Assembly (NCBI GenBank): GCA_028284295.1
Contig: JANQSB010000132.1
Coordinates: forward strand, 1 to 38,491
Source of the DNA: Myxococcota bacterium
GTDB lineage: Bacteria > Myxococcota_A > UBA9160 > UBA4427
Length of the DNA stretch: 38,491 nucleotides
Direction of reading: 5' to 3'
Made by a program: the position numbers and the translations under genes. The first letter of the stretch is position 1. Each line of letters opens with the position of its first letter. The notes beneath the pieces are model-generated. The model saw only the letters and a program-made list of their open reading frames with translations, was not told where the DNA came from and did no database searches. This document shows, in pieces, positions 24,436 to 32,051 of the stretch.

Positions 24436-24948
24436 ATGGATGCAGACTCCCGGGACCTTCTACTGACAGCGGCGGAGATCGCGGTCGCCTTCATGGGCTT
24501 CGCGAGCCTCGTCGGAGTCTTTCTGGCCCGGAACCGGGGCGGCCTGCCGCCTCGCATCCGGGCCGCGATGCAGTCGTTGATCGACTACGGGCTGCTCGCG
24601 CTGCTGGCGTGCGCGGTCCCGCTGGTCCTCCAGGTCTTCGATCCCGCCAGGCCGCACTGGGACCTGGCCAGCGGCATCGTGCTCGCGCTGGGGGTCCTCT
24701 ACGGGCTCGTGGCACACCACTTCTACCGGGAGGCGCTGGCCGAGGTCCTTCGGACCGGGAGCTTCCTGCTGTGGCTGCTCTTCATCGGCGACTTCGTCGC
24801 GTACGCGAGCCTCGGGGTCAACGCCACGGGCTGGCCCGGCGACCGAAGCGCTGCGGTCTACTTCTGCGCGTCCGTCGTGTGGTTCCTCTTCGGCTCTGCG
24901 ATCTCGTTCCGTGGCATCATGGTCCTGGCGTGGTCGGACGACGGCTAG
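24436..24948 (+). CDS. Cassette family B protein, copy 4
   Basis: Carries MDADSRDLLLTAAEIAVAFMGFASLVGVF and has the same TM layout as the other copies. Confidence 0.7.
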   Translation: MDADSRDLLLTAAEIAVAFMGFASLVGVFLARNRGGLPPRIRAAMQSLIDYGLLALLACAVPLVLQVFDPARPHWDLASGIVLALGVLYGLVAHHFYREALAEVLRTGSFLLWLLFIGDFVAYASLGVNATGWPGDRSAAVYFCASVVWFLFGSAISFRGIMVLAWSDDG

Positions 24949-24974
24949 CTGGCGAGCGCGCGATCGGCGCTCGG

Positions 24975-25532
24975 ATGCAGGAGGCCGGATCGGTGTCGCA
25001 CGTTGCGGAGTGCTTCCAGACCCCGCGCCTCGAGGCGGAACGCCTGGCGCCCCACCACCTGGACGATCTGCTCGCTCTCCACCGGGATCCCGAGGTGATG
25101 GCGGAGCTGGGCGGCGTCCGGGACGAGGAGCAGACGCGGCAGTACCTCGCGCGGAACCTCGAGCACTGGGCCGAGCACGGGTTCGGGGTGTGGATGCTGC
25201 GGGAGAAGGAACGCCCCGAAGTCGTCGGGCGGGCGATCCTCCGCTTCCTGCCGCTTCACGGAGTCCAGGAAGTCGAGGTCGGCTTCGCGCTGTACTCCCG
25301 GCTCTGGGGGCGTGGGCTCGCCACCGAGGTCGGCGGGGTCTGTGTGAAGATGGCCTGGGAGGAGCTCGGGGTGGAGACGCTCGTGGGCGTGACGACCCCG
25401 ACCAACGCGGCCTCCCAGCGCGTGCTCCAGAGGCTCGGCTTGAGCTACGAAGAAGAGGTCGTGTTCGACGGAGCGCCGTACCGGGTGTACCGCGCGGCCC
25501 GCCCTGCCGATCATCGGCCCCGCTATTCGTAG
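24975..25532 (+). CDS. GNAT N-acetyltransferase (RimJ/RimL-like)
   Basis: Carries FQTPRLEAERLAPHH...GFALYSRLWGRGLATEVGGV...NAASQRVLQRLG. Confidence 0.75.
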   Translation: MQEAGSVSHVAECFQTPRLEAERLAPHHLDDLLALHRDPEVMAELGGVRDEEQTRQYLARNLEHWAEHGFGVWMLREKERPEVVGRAILRFLPLHGVQEVEVGFALYSRLWGRGLATEVGGVCVKMAWEELGVETLVGVTTPTNAASQRVLQRLGLSYEEEVVFDGAPYRVYRAARPADHRPRYS

Positions 25533-25897
25533 TGGCGGATCTCGATCAGGTGCTTGTCGGGGTCGAAGAGGTAGAGGGATGCGCCGGGGCCGCGCGCGCC
25601 CTCCTCCTCTCCGGGGCCCTTCCCGTTGCCCACGGAGTGGAAGGAGTCGCCGAACTCGATGCCGCCTTCGCGAACCCGTCGGAAGATCTCCTCGAACTCC
25701 TCGCGAGGCATCGAGAACGCCAGGTGCTCGCCGCCCTTGGTTCCCCAGGGCGCCAGCTGGATCGTGAAGTCGGGCGAGACCCGGATGACCGTGAAGGGCT
25801 CTCGCTTGCTTTCGTGGGTCAGGCCGAGGATCCCGGTGTAGAAGCGGACGCTCTCCTCGACGTCGTTCACGTGTAGGATGAGGTGGTCGAGCACCAT
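25523..25897 (-). CDS. VOC (glyoxalase-fold) protein
   Basis: Carries MVLDHLILHVNDVEESVRFYTGILGL...LYLFDPDKHLIEI, with GGAGGAAGC upstream. It is convergent with the GNAT gene and overlaps it by 10 nt. Confidence 0.8.
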   Translation of the reverse strand: MVLDHLILHVNDVEESVRFYTGILGLTHESKREPFTVIRVSPDFTIQLAPWGTKGGEHLAFSMPREEFEEIFRRVREGGIEFGDSFHSVGNGKGPGEEEGARGPGASLYLFDPDKHLIEIRHYE

Positions 25898-25981
25898 GCT
25901 GCTTCCTCCGGCCCGAGGACCATTCTAGCGCGCGAGCGTGGTAGACTCGGGTGGTCCATCAAGTCGGAGGGGAGAAGAGAG

Positions 25982-26209
25982 ATGCGAGCATTCATTGCTG
26001 CGGTCGCGACCGCACTCGCTGCGAGCCCGGCGAGCGCCCACCCGGACCACCGCGCAGGTGAAGCCGTCGGGCTCCTCCACTATCTGGCAGATCCCTTCCA
26101 CGTGGCCACGGGCCTCGTCGCCGTGGGCGCGGTGATCCTGGGCCTGGCGGTCTGGCGGTCTCGCCGCTCGGTCGCCCGTCGCTCCGTGACGGTGGAACGG
26201 CACGGCTAG
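25982..26209 (+). CDS. Small signal-peptide/TM protein resembling the N-terminus of HupE/UreJ metal transporters
   Basis: 75 aa: ALAASPASAHPDHRAGEAVGLLHYLADPFHVATGLVAVG. A GGAGGGGAG RBS and a GTGGTAGACT box lie 35 nt upstream. Confidence 0.4.
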   Translation: MRAFIAAVATALAASPASAHPDHRAGEAVGLLHYLADPFHVATGLVAVGAVILGLAVWRSRRSVARRSVTVERHG

Positions 26210-26271
26210 CGAGGGGATGTCGCTGCCACAAAGGGCTCGGGTCCGCGAGTCGAGCAGCAGGAGCCGGTGCC

Positions 26272-26760
26272 ATGGCGCTCCTCCTCAAGAACCTCCTCTT
26301 CACCTTCCTGGTGCCGGGTACGGTCGCGGTGCTGGTGCCGTGGCTCCTCACGGGTGATGCCGAGCCCCGGTCGGGAGCCTCGCTTCCCATCGCCGCGCTC
26401 CTCCTGGCCGTGGGTGCGTCGATCTACGTCTGGTGCGTGTGGGACTTCGCCTCCTTCGGGCGCGCCACTCCGGCGCCCATCGATGCGCCCACGCGACTCG
26501 TCGTCCGGGGTCTCTACCGCTTCAGCCGGAATCCCATGTACGTGGGCGTGCTCGCCGTCATCCTGGGGCAGGCGGTGCTGTTCCGATCACCGGGGCTGGC
26601 GGTCTACGGCGCGGTCGTCGCCACGTGCTTCCAGGCGTTCGTCCTGCTGTACGAAGAGCCCCACCTGGAAGCGGAATTCGGAAGCGAGTACACGTCCTAC
26701 AAGTCCCGGGTCGGGCGCTGGCTTCCCCGCCCACAGCCGGGCGACCGACGGCTCGTCTGA
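26272..26760 (+). CDS. Isoprenylcysteine carboxyl / phospholipid methyltransferase-family membrane protein
   Basis: Carries LVVRGLYRFSRNPMYVGVLAVILG...LYEEPHLEAEFGSEYTSYKSRVGRW, the ICMT/PEMT signature. Confidence 0.8.
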   Translation: MALLLKNLLFTFLVPGTVAVLVPWLLTGDAEPRSGASLPIAALLLAVGASIYVWCVWDFASFGRATPAPIDAPTRLVVRGLYRFSRNPMYVGVLAVILGQAVLFRSPGLAVYGAVVATCFQAFVLLYEEPHLEAEFGSEYTSYKSRVGRWLPRPQPGDRRLV

Positions 26761-26788
26761 GCGCCGGCCGCGGCCGGAGGAGGCAAGC

Positions 26789-27208
26789 GTGTTCGAGCTT
26801 CTCGCAACGGCCTGCTCCGGCATCTTCGCGGGTGCTGCCATCTACATCTCGGTGGGTCAGGGGCCTGCAGCCCGTGAGGTGGGCGACGACACGGCAGCGG
26901 CCCTCTTCGGCCCCATGTACCGACGCGGCGCGCCCATGCAGGCCTCCCTCGCGCTGATCGGATCGATCTCCGGGTTCATCGCATCGGCCACGGGCGGTGG
27001 GGTCGGCTGCTTCGTCGGTGCGCTGCTGCTCGGCTCGGTGGTTCCGTTCACCCTCGTCGTCATCAAGCCGGTCAACGACCAGCTCCTGTCTCCCGACCTC
27101 GACACCTCGTCGCCCGAGGTCCCTGCGCTCCTGGACCGCTGGGCTCGCCTCCACGCGGTGCGGTCCGTGGCCAGCGGGCTCGCGTTCGGGCTGTTCCTGG
27201 TCTCGTAG
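26789..27208 (+). CDS. DUF1772 (anthrone-oxygenase-like) membrane protein
   Basis: GTG start after GGAGGAGG. Has four TM segments, and ...VIKPVNDQLL...WARLHAVRSV resembles DUF1772. Confidence 0.6.
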   Translation: MFELLATACSGIFAGAAIYISVGQGPAAREVGDDTAAALFGPMYRRGAPMQASLALIGSISGFIASATGGGVGCFVGALLLGSVVPFTLVVIKPVNDQLLSPDLDTSSPEVPALLDRWARLHAVRSVASGLAFGLFLVS

Positions 27209-27247
27209 GTCTCGCAGGTCTCGCAGGTAGAGGAGGGAGAGGCCGCG

Positions 27248-27946
27248 ATGCGACGAGACACGCGATCCCTGCTGCTGGCGGCTCTGGTCGGGCTGTTCAT
27301 GGCAGGCGCCCAGCCATGGATCGCGCACGCTCAGCCCGGTTCGCAGGCGAGCTCGCAACCCGTGGACCGCGTGGGTCTCGACTGGCTCTGCCCCCTCGTC
27401 GAGTACGAGAGCCGGCGAGAGCTCGAGGACCACCGGATGGAGCTGGAGCTGCTCCGGATCGAGTACCGCGCACGCAGCCAGGTCTTCGAGATGGTCGATC
27501 AGCTGTGGGCCGCGCACGCCATCGAGCAGGAGCTCTACCTGGACTACAAGCGACTCCGCGACCGCACCAAGCTGGGCATCGCCCGGCTCGTCGCTCTCGT
27601 ATCCCGACAGGAGAGCGCCGTGGAGCAGTACACGCTCGCGTGCTCCCCGCTTCGGGGCCGCTCCGTCGACGGTCTGCCCGCGAAGATCGCCGAGCTCCAG
27701 GCGCGGTACCGTCGGCTCGACTGTGAGGTCCTGGCCCGGGACGCCGATGTCGCGCAGGTCGACTACGAGTTCGATCGCGAGATTCTCGAAGCGACGAGAA
27801 AGCTCAACAAGCGGGACATCAAGTCGAAGTACGAGCTCGTCGTCGACGAATTCGATCTCGGCCAATCCAAGGCGCGCCTGGAGAGCCATCGCCGTCGCGC
27901 CCGCGAGTGCCGGAAGCGCCTGCAGGCCGGTCAGCCCGCGCCATGA
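27248..27946 (+). CDS. Secreted coiled-coil protein, unknown function
   Basis: Signal peptide LLLAALVGLFMAGAQPWIAHA, followed by a charged heptad-like sequence. Confidence 0.6.
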   Translation: MRRDTRSLLLAALVGLFMAGAQPWIAHAQPGSQASSQPVDRVGLDWLCPLVEYESRRELEDHRMELELLRIEYRARSQVFEMVDQLWAAHAIEQELYLDYKRLRDRTKLGIARLVALVSRQESAVEQYTLACSPLRGRSVDGLPAKIAELQARYRRLDCEVLARDADVAQVDYEFDREILEATRKLNKRDIKSKYELVVDEFDLGQSKARLESHRRRARECRKRLQAGQPAP

Positions 27947-28461
27947 GCGCACGGCCGCAGCTCTCGCGACGCCCCGTGGCGGAGCCAGCCGCAGCACCAC
28001 GCCCGGCGCTCTTCGTCGCCGTCTACGCGATCCACCTGCTCGACGAGGGGCTCGTGCAGGGGGGTCTGGCGGCGTGGTCGACCCGGAACGGATTCCACTT
28101 CTCGATCGAGAACTGGGTCTTCGTCAACGTCGTCTCGATGCTCGTCGTGACGACGGCCATGCTGCAGGTGGCGCGGGGCCGATGGCCTTCCTGGCTCCTC
28201 GTCTCGATGGCCGTTCACCTGCTGCTTCATGCGGCCATCCATGTCGTGGCGACCGTCTTGTGGCAGTCGCTGTCTCCGGGAGCGGTCTCGGGCGTGCTCG
28301 TCGCTGCGCCGCTCGCGTTCGTGACGCTGCGGTGGGGCTGGCGTTCCCTCGACTCTCGCAGTCTGATCCTTGGATCGTTGGTCGGGGTGCTGAGCTTCCA
28401 GGCTCCCTGGGATCTGCTCGTCCGGGTACTCTTCGGGCTTCCCCTCTGGTCCGCCCCGTGA
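27943..28461 (+). CDS. HXXEE-like domain membrane protein, copy 2
   Basis: Its ATG overlaps the upstream stop (ATGA). Carries VYAIHLLDEGLVQGG. It is a paralogue of 21382..21858. Confidence 0.65.
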   Translation: MSARPQLSRRPVAEPAAAPRPALFVAVYAIHLLDEGLVQGGLAAWSTRNGFHFSIENWVFVNVVSMLVVTTAMLQVARGRWPSWLLVSMAVHLLLHAAIHVVATVLWQSLSPGAVSGVLVAAPLAFVTLRWGWRSLDSRSLILGSLVGVLSFQAPWDLLVRVLFGLPLWSAP

Positions 28462-28487
28462 CCGGTAGAATGAGGGGATCGACCCGG

Positions 28488-28796
28488 GTGCCGACGGGGG
28501 ACCTGGCCACGGCTGACTTCAAGACGACTCCGATGCTGCGTCGCGAGGCAGGGCTCCAGCGCCTTGCGGGCCTCCTGGACGAGCTGCGCGCCCTCGAAGG
28601 CCTGCGCGAGAAGCGACCGGGGACCTTCTCGCATCGCTCTCGCGCCTTCCTCCACTTCCACTACCACCCGGATGGACGGATCGTCGCCGATGCGAAGCTG
28701 TCGGATGCCGGCTTCTCGCGCTTCGACGTCTCCGAGCCCTCTGGCCAGCAGGAGCTGCTCGCCGGGATCCGGCGCTTCCTGTCCTCGGAACCGTGA
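28488..28796 (+). CDS. Small hypothetical protein
   Basis: The open frame runs from ATG 28470, which overlaps the TAGAAT box; in-frame GTG at 28488 and ATG at 28533 are alternatives. Carries ...RAFLHFHYHPDGRIVADAKLSDAGFSRFDV. I could not place it in a family. Confidence 0.45.
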   Translation: MPTGDLATADFKTTPMLRREAGLQRLAGLLDELRALEGLREKRPGTFSHRSRAFLHFHYHPDGRIVADAKLSDAGFSRFDVSEPSGQQELLAGIRRFLSSEP

Positions 28797-28803
28797 GAGC
28801 CCC

Positions 28804-29580
28804 ATGCAGCGATCACCGCGAGCAGAGAAGTATCCCGACCTCGACGAGATCTACTCCCAGTGCAGCGGGCCCGGCGCGCTGCGGACTGCGGAGTTCGTGG
28901 CCGACAAGATCGGTCTGCGTGAAGGCATGCGCGTGCTGGACGTCGGGATCTACCGGGGCATCCAGACCTGCTTCCTCGCCAAGGAGTACGGGTGCCTCAT
29001 GGTGGCCGTCGATCCCTGGCTGGACGACTTTGACCCCGCTGGCGATGGCAGGCCCTTCGTCGATCACCTCCGTCGCAATGCCGAACGCTGGGGCGTTGCC
29101 GATCGCGTGCTGGGCTTGCGACTGGGCCTGCCGAAGATCCGCTTCGCCGATATGTCGTTCGACGCGGCGTACTCCAGTACGGCGTTCGAGATGATCCGGG
29201 GGCTTCATGGCGACGATGAGTACCTCGCTTCGCTGAGGGAGGTGTTCCGGGTCCTCCGGCCCGGGGGCGTGTTCGGTCTCGCCGAGCCGATGCATCGGGG
29301 AGGCCCTCCCCCGGTCGACCTGGAGCCCCTGGTCTCCGAGGGTCCCCTGCCGTTCAAGAAGTGCCTGGCGACTCCGGAGCAGACGGCCGAGCAGCTTCGC
29401 GAGGCCGGGTTCGAGGTCCTGGAGGCGGGACATGCTCCCGACGCGAAGGAGTGGTGGGAGGAGTTCGCGACCCACGACGACGAGTGCCGACGCAATCCCG
29501 AGGGCAATCCGCGCATGCTGGCCGTGGACGCGGGTCGCTGGATCAGCTTCGGCTACGTGGTCGGGAGACGGCCGGCGTGA
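28804..29580 (+). CDS. SAM-dependent methyltransferase
   Basis: Carries VLDVGIYRGIQTCFLAKEYGCLMVAVD...LRPGGVFGLAEP. Confidence 0.7.
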   Translation: MQRSPRAEKYPDLDEIYSQCSGPGALRTAEFVADKIGLREGMRVLDVGIYRGIQTCFLAKEYGCLMVAVDPWLDDFDPAGDGRPFVDHLRRNAERWGVADRVLGLRLGLPKIRFADMSFDAAYSSTAFEMIRGLHGDDEYLASLREVFRVLRPGGVFGLAEPMHRGGPPPVDLEPLVSEGPLPFKKCLATPEQTAEQLREAGFEVLEAGHAPDAKEWWEEFATHDDECRRNPEGNPRMLAVDAGRWISFGYVVGRRPA

Positions 29581-29885
29581 TCGGCAGGATTCCCGAGTCC
29601 ATGGTCGCCTATCGGCGAACTCCCGAGTTCACGGAGCATTCGGTTCCGGACGCGCTGCGTCGGAATCACTCGACGAAGGCCGGCGTCTGGGGTTTGATCC
29701 ACGTCCTGGAGGGCTCGCTCCTCTACCGGGTGGCGGGCCCCCCCGCCGAAGAGGTCCTTCTCTCGAAGGAGCAGCCGGGTGTGATCGAGCCCGAGGCGTT
29801 GCATGCCGTCGAGCCTCGAGGGGCGGTTCGCTTCTACGTCGAGTTCTGGCGCGAGCCAACGGAGGACGGGCCCCATGATGGCTAG
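29577..29885 (+). CDS. DUF1971 (TehB N-terminal-like) protein
   Basis: Its GTG overlaps the upstream stop (GTGA); an alternative ATG lies at 29601. Carries YRRTPEFTEHSVPDALRRNHSTKAGVWGLIHVLEGSLLY. Confidence 0.65.
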   Translation: MIGRIPESMVAYRRTPEFTEHSVPDALRRNHSTKAGVWGLIHVLEGSLLYRVAGPPAEEVLLSKEQPGVIEPEALHAVEPRGAVRFYVEFWREPTEDGPHDG

Positions 29886-29895
29886 AGGGCCTTCC

Positions 29896-30441
29896 ATGGA
29901 GCTGCGGCCCGCTTCCGACTCCGATCTTCCCGCCATCGGCCGGCTCCACGTGGATGCCTTCGGTCCCCAGGAAGGACCGGAGGTCGCCGACCTGGTGGCG
30001 GATCTGCTGCGCGACGAGACCGCCCTGCCCCGTGTGTCGATCGTGGCCGAAGCCGACGGTGTGCTGGCAGGCCACGTCCTGTTCACGGCGGCCGGTCTCG
30101 ATTCGGATGCGGCGAGTCCCGTCGCGAGCATCCTGGCGCCCCTGGGTGTCGCTTCTGGGTATCAGCGTCAGGGAGTGGGAGGGCTGCTGGTCGATCGGGG
30201 GCTCGCGCTGCTGATCGAGCAGGCCGTCGATCTCGTCTTCGTCCTGGGACATCCGAGCTACTACCCGCGCTTCGGGTTCCGGCCGGCTCGGGAGCTCGGC
30301 TTCGACGCGCCCTACCCCATTCTTCCGGAGAACGACGCTGCATGGATGGTGAAGGCGCTGCAGCCCGGGGCGCTGGATCGCTTCGCGGGTACCGTCGCTT
30401 GTGCGTCGGCCCTGGATCGTCCGGAGCACTGGACGGAGTGA
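29896..30441 (+). CDS. GNAT N-acetyltransferase (YhbS-like)
   Basis: Carries MELRPASDSDLPAIGRL...LGVASGYQRQGVGGLLV...YYPRFGF. Alternative starts at 29875 and 29878. Confidence 0.75.
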   Translation: MELRPASDSDLPAIGRLHVDAFGPQEGPEVADLVADLLRDETALPRVSIVAEADGVLAGHVLFTAAGLDSDAASPVASILAPLGVASGYQRQGVGGLLVDRGLALLIEQAVDLVFVLGHPSYYPRFGFRPARELGFDAPYPILPENDAAWMVKALQPGALDRFAGTVACASALDRPEHWTE

Positions 30442-30537
30442 GGCGGCGCCCAGCGATCCCGGCTGGGGTAGCCTGGGGATCGTGATGGCGTCCTGATTCC
30501 GCACCGCGAGGACCCCGGCCAGGAGGACGAGCCCCTC

Positions 30538-31038
30538 ATGGAAGGTGCCGACATCCTTCAGACGATCGCCGAGGTCGCGATCGCATTGACGGGCTTCACG
30601 GGGATCGTCGTCGCGCTCGGCAATCGCGGAGGCGTGCCGGTCTCGGGATTCGCCCTGGTGCGCTTCCGGATCCTGCTGGCGGCCAGCCTCGCCGCGCTCG
30701 CCTTCTCGCTGATTCCCTTCTTCTGGTACTACCTCGACATCCCCGCGAGCACGTCCTGGGCGGTCTCGAGCGGTCTGGCTCTGGTCTTCATGGTCCCGAT
30801 CGTCGTCTACGACGTTCGCGCCTTCCGCGAGCATGCCGATCAGATCCCGGTCTTCGAGCGACGAGCCGCGCCCGCCATCGCGATCCTGGGCGCCTCGCTG
30901 TGGCTCGCCCAGGTGGCGAACGTGCTGCACTTCCGCTCGTTCGGACCCTACCTGGCGGTTCCCCTGTGGTTCCTCGGCTTCTCGGCCCTCTCCTTCGCGC
31001 GGCTTCTCTTCACGCGTCAGGGTGGAGAGCATCCGTGA
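30538..31038 (+). CDS. Cassette family B protein, copy 5
   Basis: Carries MEGADILQTIAEVAIALTGFTGIVVAL. A GGAGGA RBS lies upstream. Confidence 0.7.
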   Translation: MEGADILQTIAEVAIALTGFTGIVVALGNRGGVPVSGFALVRFRILLAASLAALAFSLIPFFWYYLDIPASTSWAVSSGLALVFMVPIVVYDVRAFREHADQIPVFERRAAPAIAILGASLWLAQVANVLHFRSFGPYLAVPLWFLGFSALSFARLLFTRQGGEHP

Positions 31039-31045
31039 GCCGGGG

Positions 31046-31069
31046 GTCTCTCGGGCCGGCTCGGGAGAC
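31046..31069. terminator. GC-rich hairpin between convergent genes
   Basis: GTCTCTCGG...CTCGGGAGAC forms a stem of ~8-10 bp (with G-U pairs) between the stops at 31038 (+) and 31079 (-). There is no U-tract. Confidence 0.35.
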
Positions 31070-31078
31070 GCTGAAGGG

Positions 31079-31450
31079 TCAGGACTGCGACGCCGCGTCG
31101 ATGGAGATATCGAAGTACTCGTCGTCGCTCGCGTCTTCCCGGACCTCGCTCGACGTGCTGTGAACGGGCTCGGTGGCTCCCGGTGGCCAGATCACCAGGT
31201 AGATGTCCGGGCTCGACTCGGCGACGTCCTTGAAGTCGGCATCGGTGAAGCGGATCTCGAAGCGGCCGTCGGAGTCGGTGTCGCACTCGCCGAGGAAGTC
31301 GTCGGACCAGACGTCCTTGTCGAAGGCCTGAACCCGATGGCCACCCAGCGGCTTCCCGGTGCGCTCGTCGCGTACCACACCTCGTACCCGGAAGCGCTGC
31401 CAGCGGATCCAGGGTACGCGAATCGTCTTCCCCACGTCTCGCTCCTCCAT
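31079..31450 (-). CDS. Transthyretin-like / carboxypeptidase-regulatory-like beta-sandwich protein
   Basis: VRGVVRDERTGKPLGGHRVQAFDKD...TDSDGRFEIRF...DIYLVI is the typical pattern. The gene is inverted in the array. Confidence 0.55.
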   Translation of the reverse strand: MEERDVGKTIRVPWIRWQRFRVRGVVRDERTGKPLGGHRVQAFDKDVWSDDFLGECDTDSDGRFEIRFTDADFKDVAESSPDIYLVIWPPGATEPVHSTSSEVREDASDDEYFDISIDAASQS

Positions 31451-31558
31451 CTGCAGCGGGAGTCGAGTCTACACGAGGAACTGGCCCGGACGGGCTGCGG
31501 TACGATTCCGACGAGCTTCGCGCGGCGCTGGAGAGGCTCATCGGACAGGCGGTCTTCG

Positions 31559-31936
31559 ATGGCGCAGATCGGCTACGTGATGGTCGGCACCAACGATCTG
31601 GCCCGGGCGGTCGGGTTCTACGACGCGCTCCTCGGCGGGCTCGGCGCCACGCGCTTCAGCGAGACGGACCGGGGCGTGTCCTGGTCCTTCGGTGTCGGCA
31701 CCACCAGCCTGTGCGTCACCGAGCCCTTCGACGGTGCTCCGGCGAGCGTCGGCAACGGGACGATGGTCGCGCTCGGCCTGCGCGACCGGCAGCAGGTGGA
31801 TGCCGCGCACGCGCGAGCCCTCGAGCTGGGGGCCGCCAACGAGGGCGACCCGGCCCCGCGTGGCTCTGCGGGCTTCTACGCCGGCTACTTCCGCGACCTC
31901 GACGGCAACAAGCTGAACCTGTTCTGCATCGGGTAG
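31559..31936 (+). CDS. VOC (glyoxalase-fold) protein
   Basis: Carries MAQIGYVMVGTNDLARAVGFYDALLG...GYFRDLDGNKLNLF. Confidence 0.8.
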   Translation: MAQIGYVMVGTNDLARAVGFYDALLGGLGATRFSETDRGVSWSFGVGTTSLCVTEPFDGAPASVGNGTMVALGLRDRQQVDAAHARALELGAANEGDPAPRGSAGFYAGYFRDLDGNKLNLFCIG

Positions 31937-31982
31937 CCTCGAGGGCACGCGAGGACACCTCGCGCATCACGCGCACAGCGCG

Positions 31983-32012
31983 TTGACCCCGGCCGGCCGC
32001 GGGAGGCATAAT
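31983..32012 (+). promoter_or_regulatory. Sigma70-like promoter upstream of the Coq4-like gene
   Basis: TTGACC (31983-31988), 18 nt, then CATAAT (32007-32012), 40 nt before ATG 32052. The architecture matches the promoters at 17007 and 20339. Confidence 0.5.
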
Positions 32013-32051
32013 CCGCCTCGGGCCGAGATCGACGGCGACGGGAACCGAACG

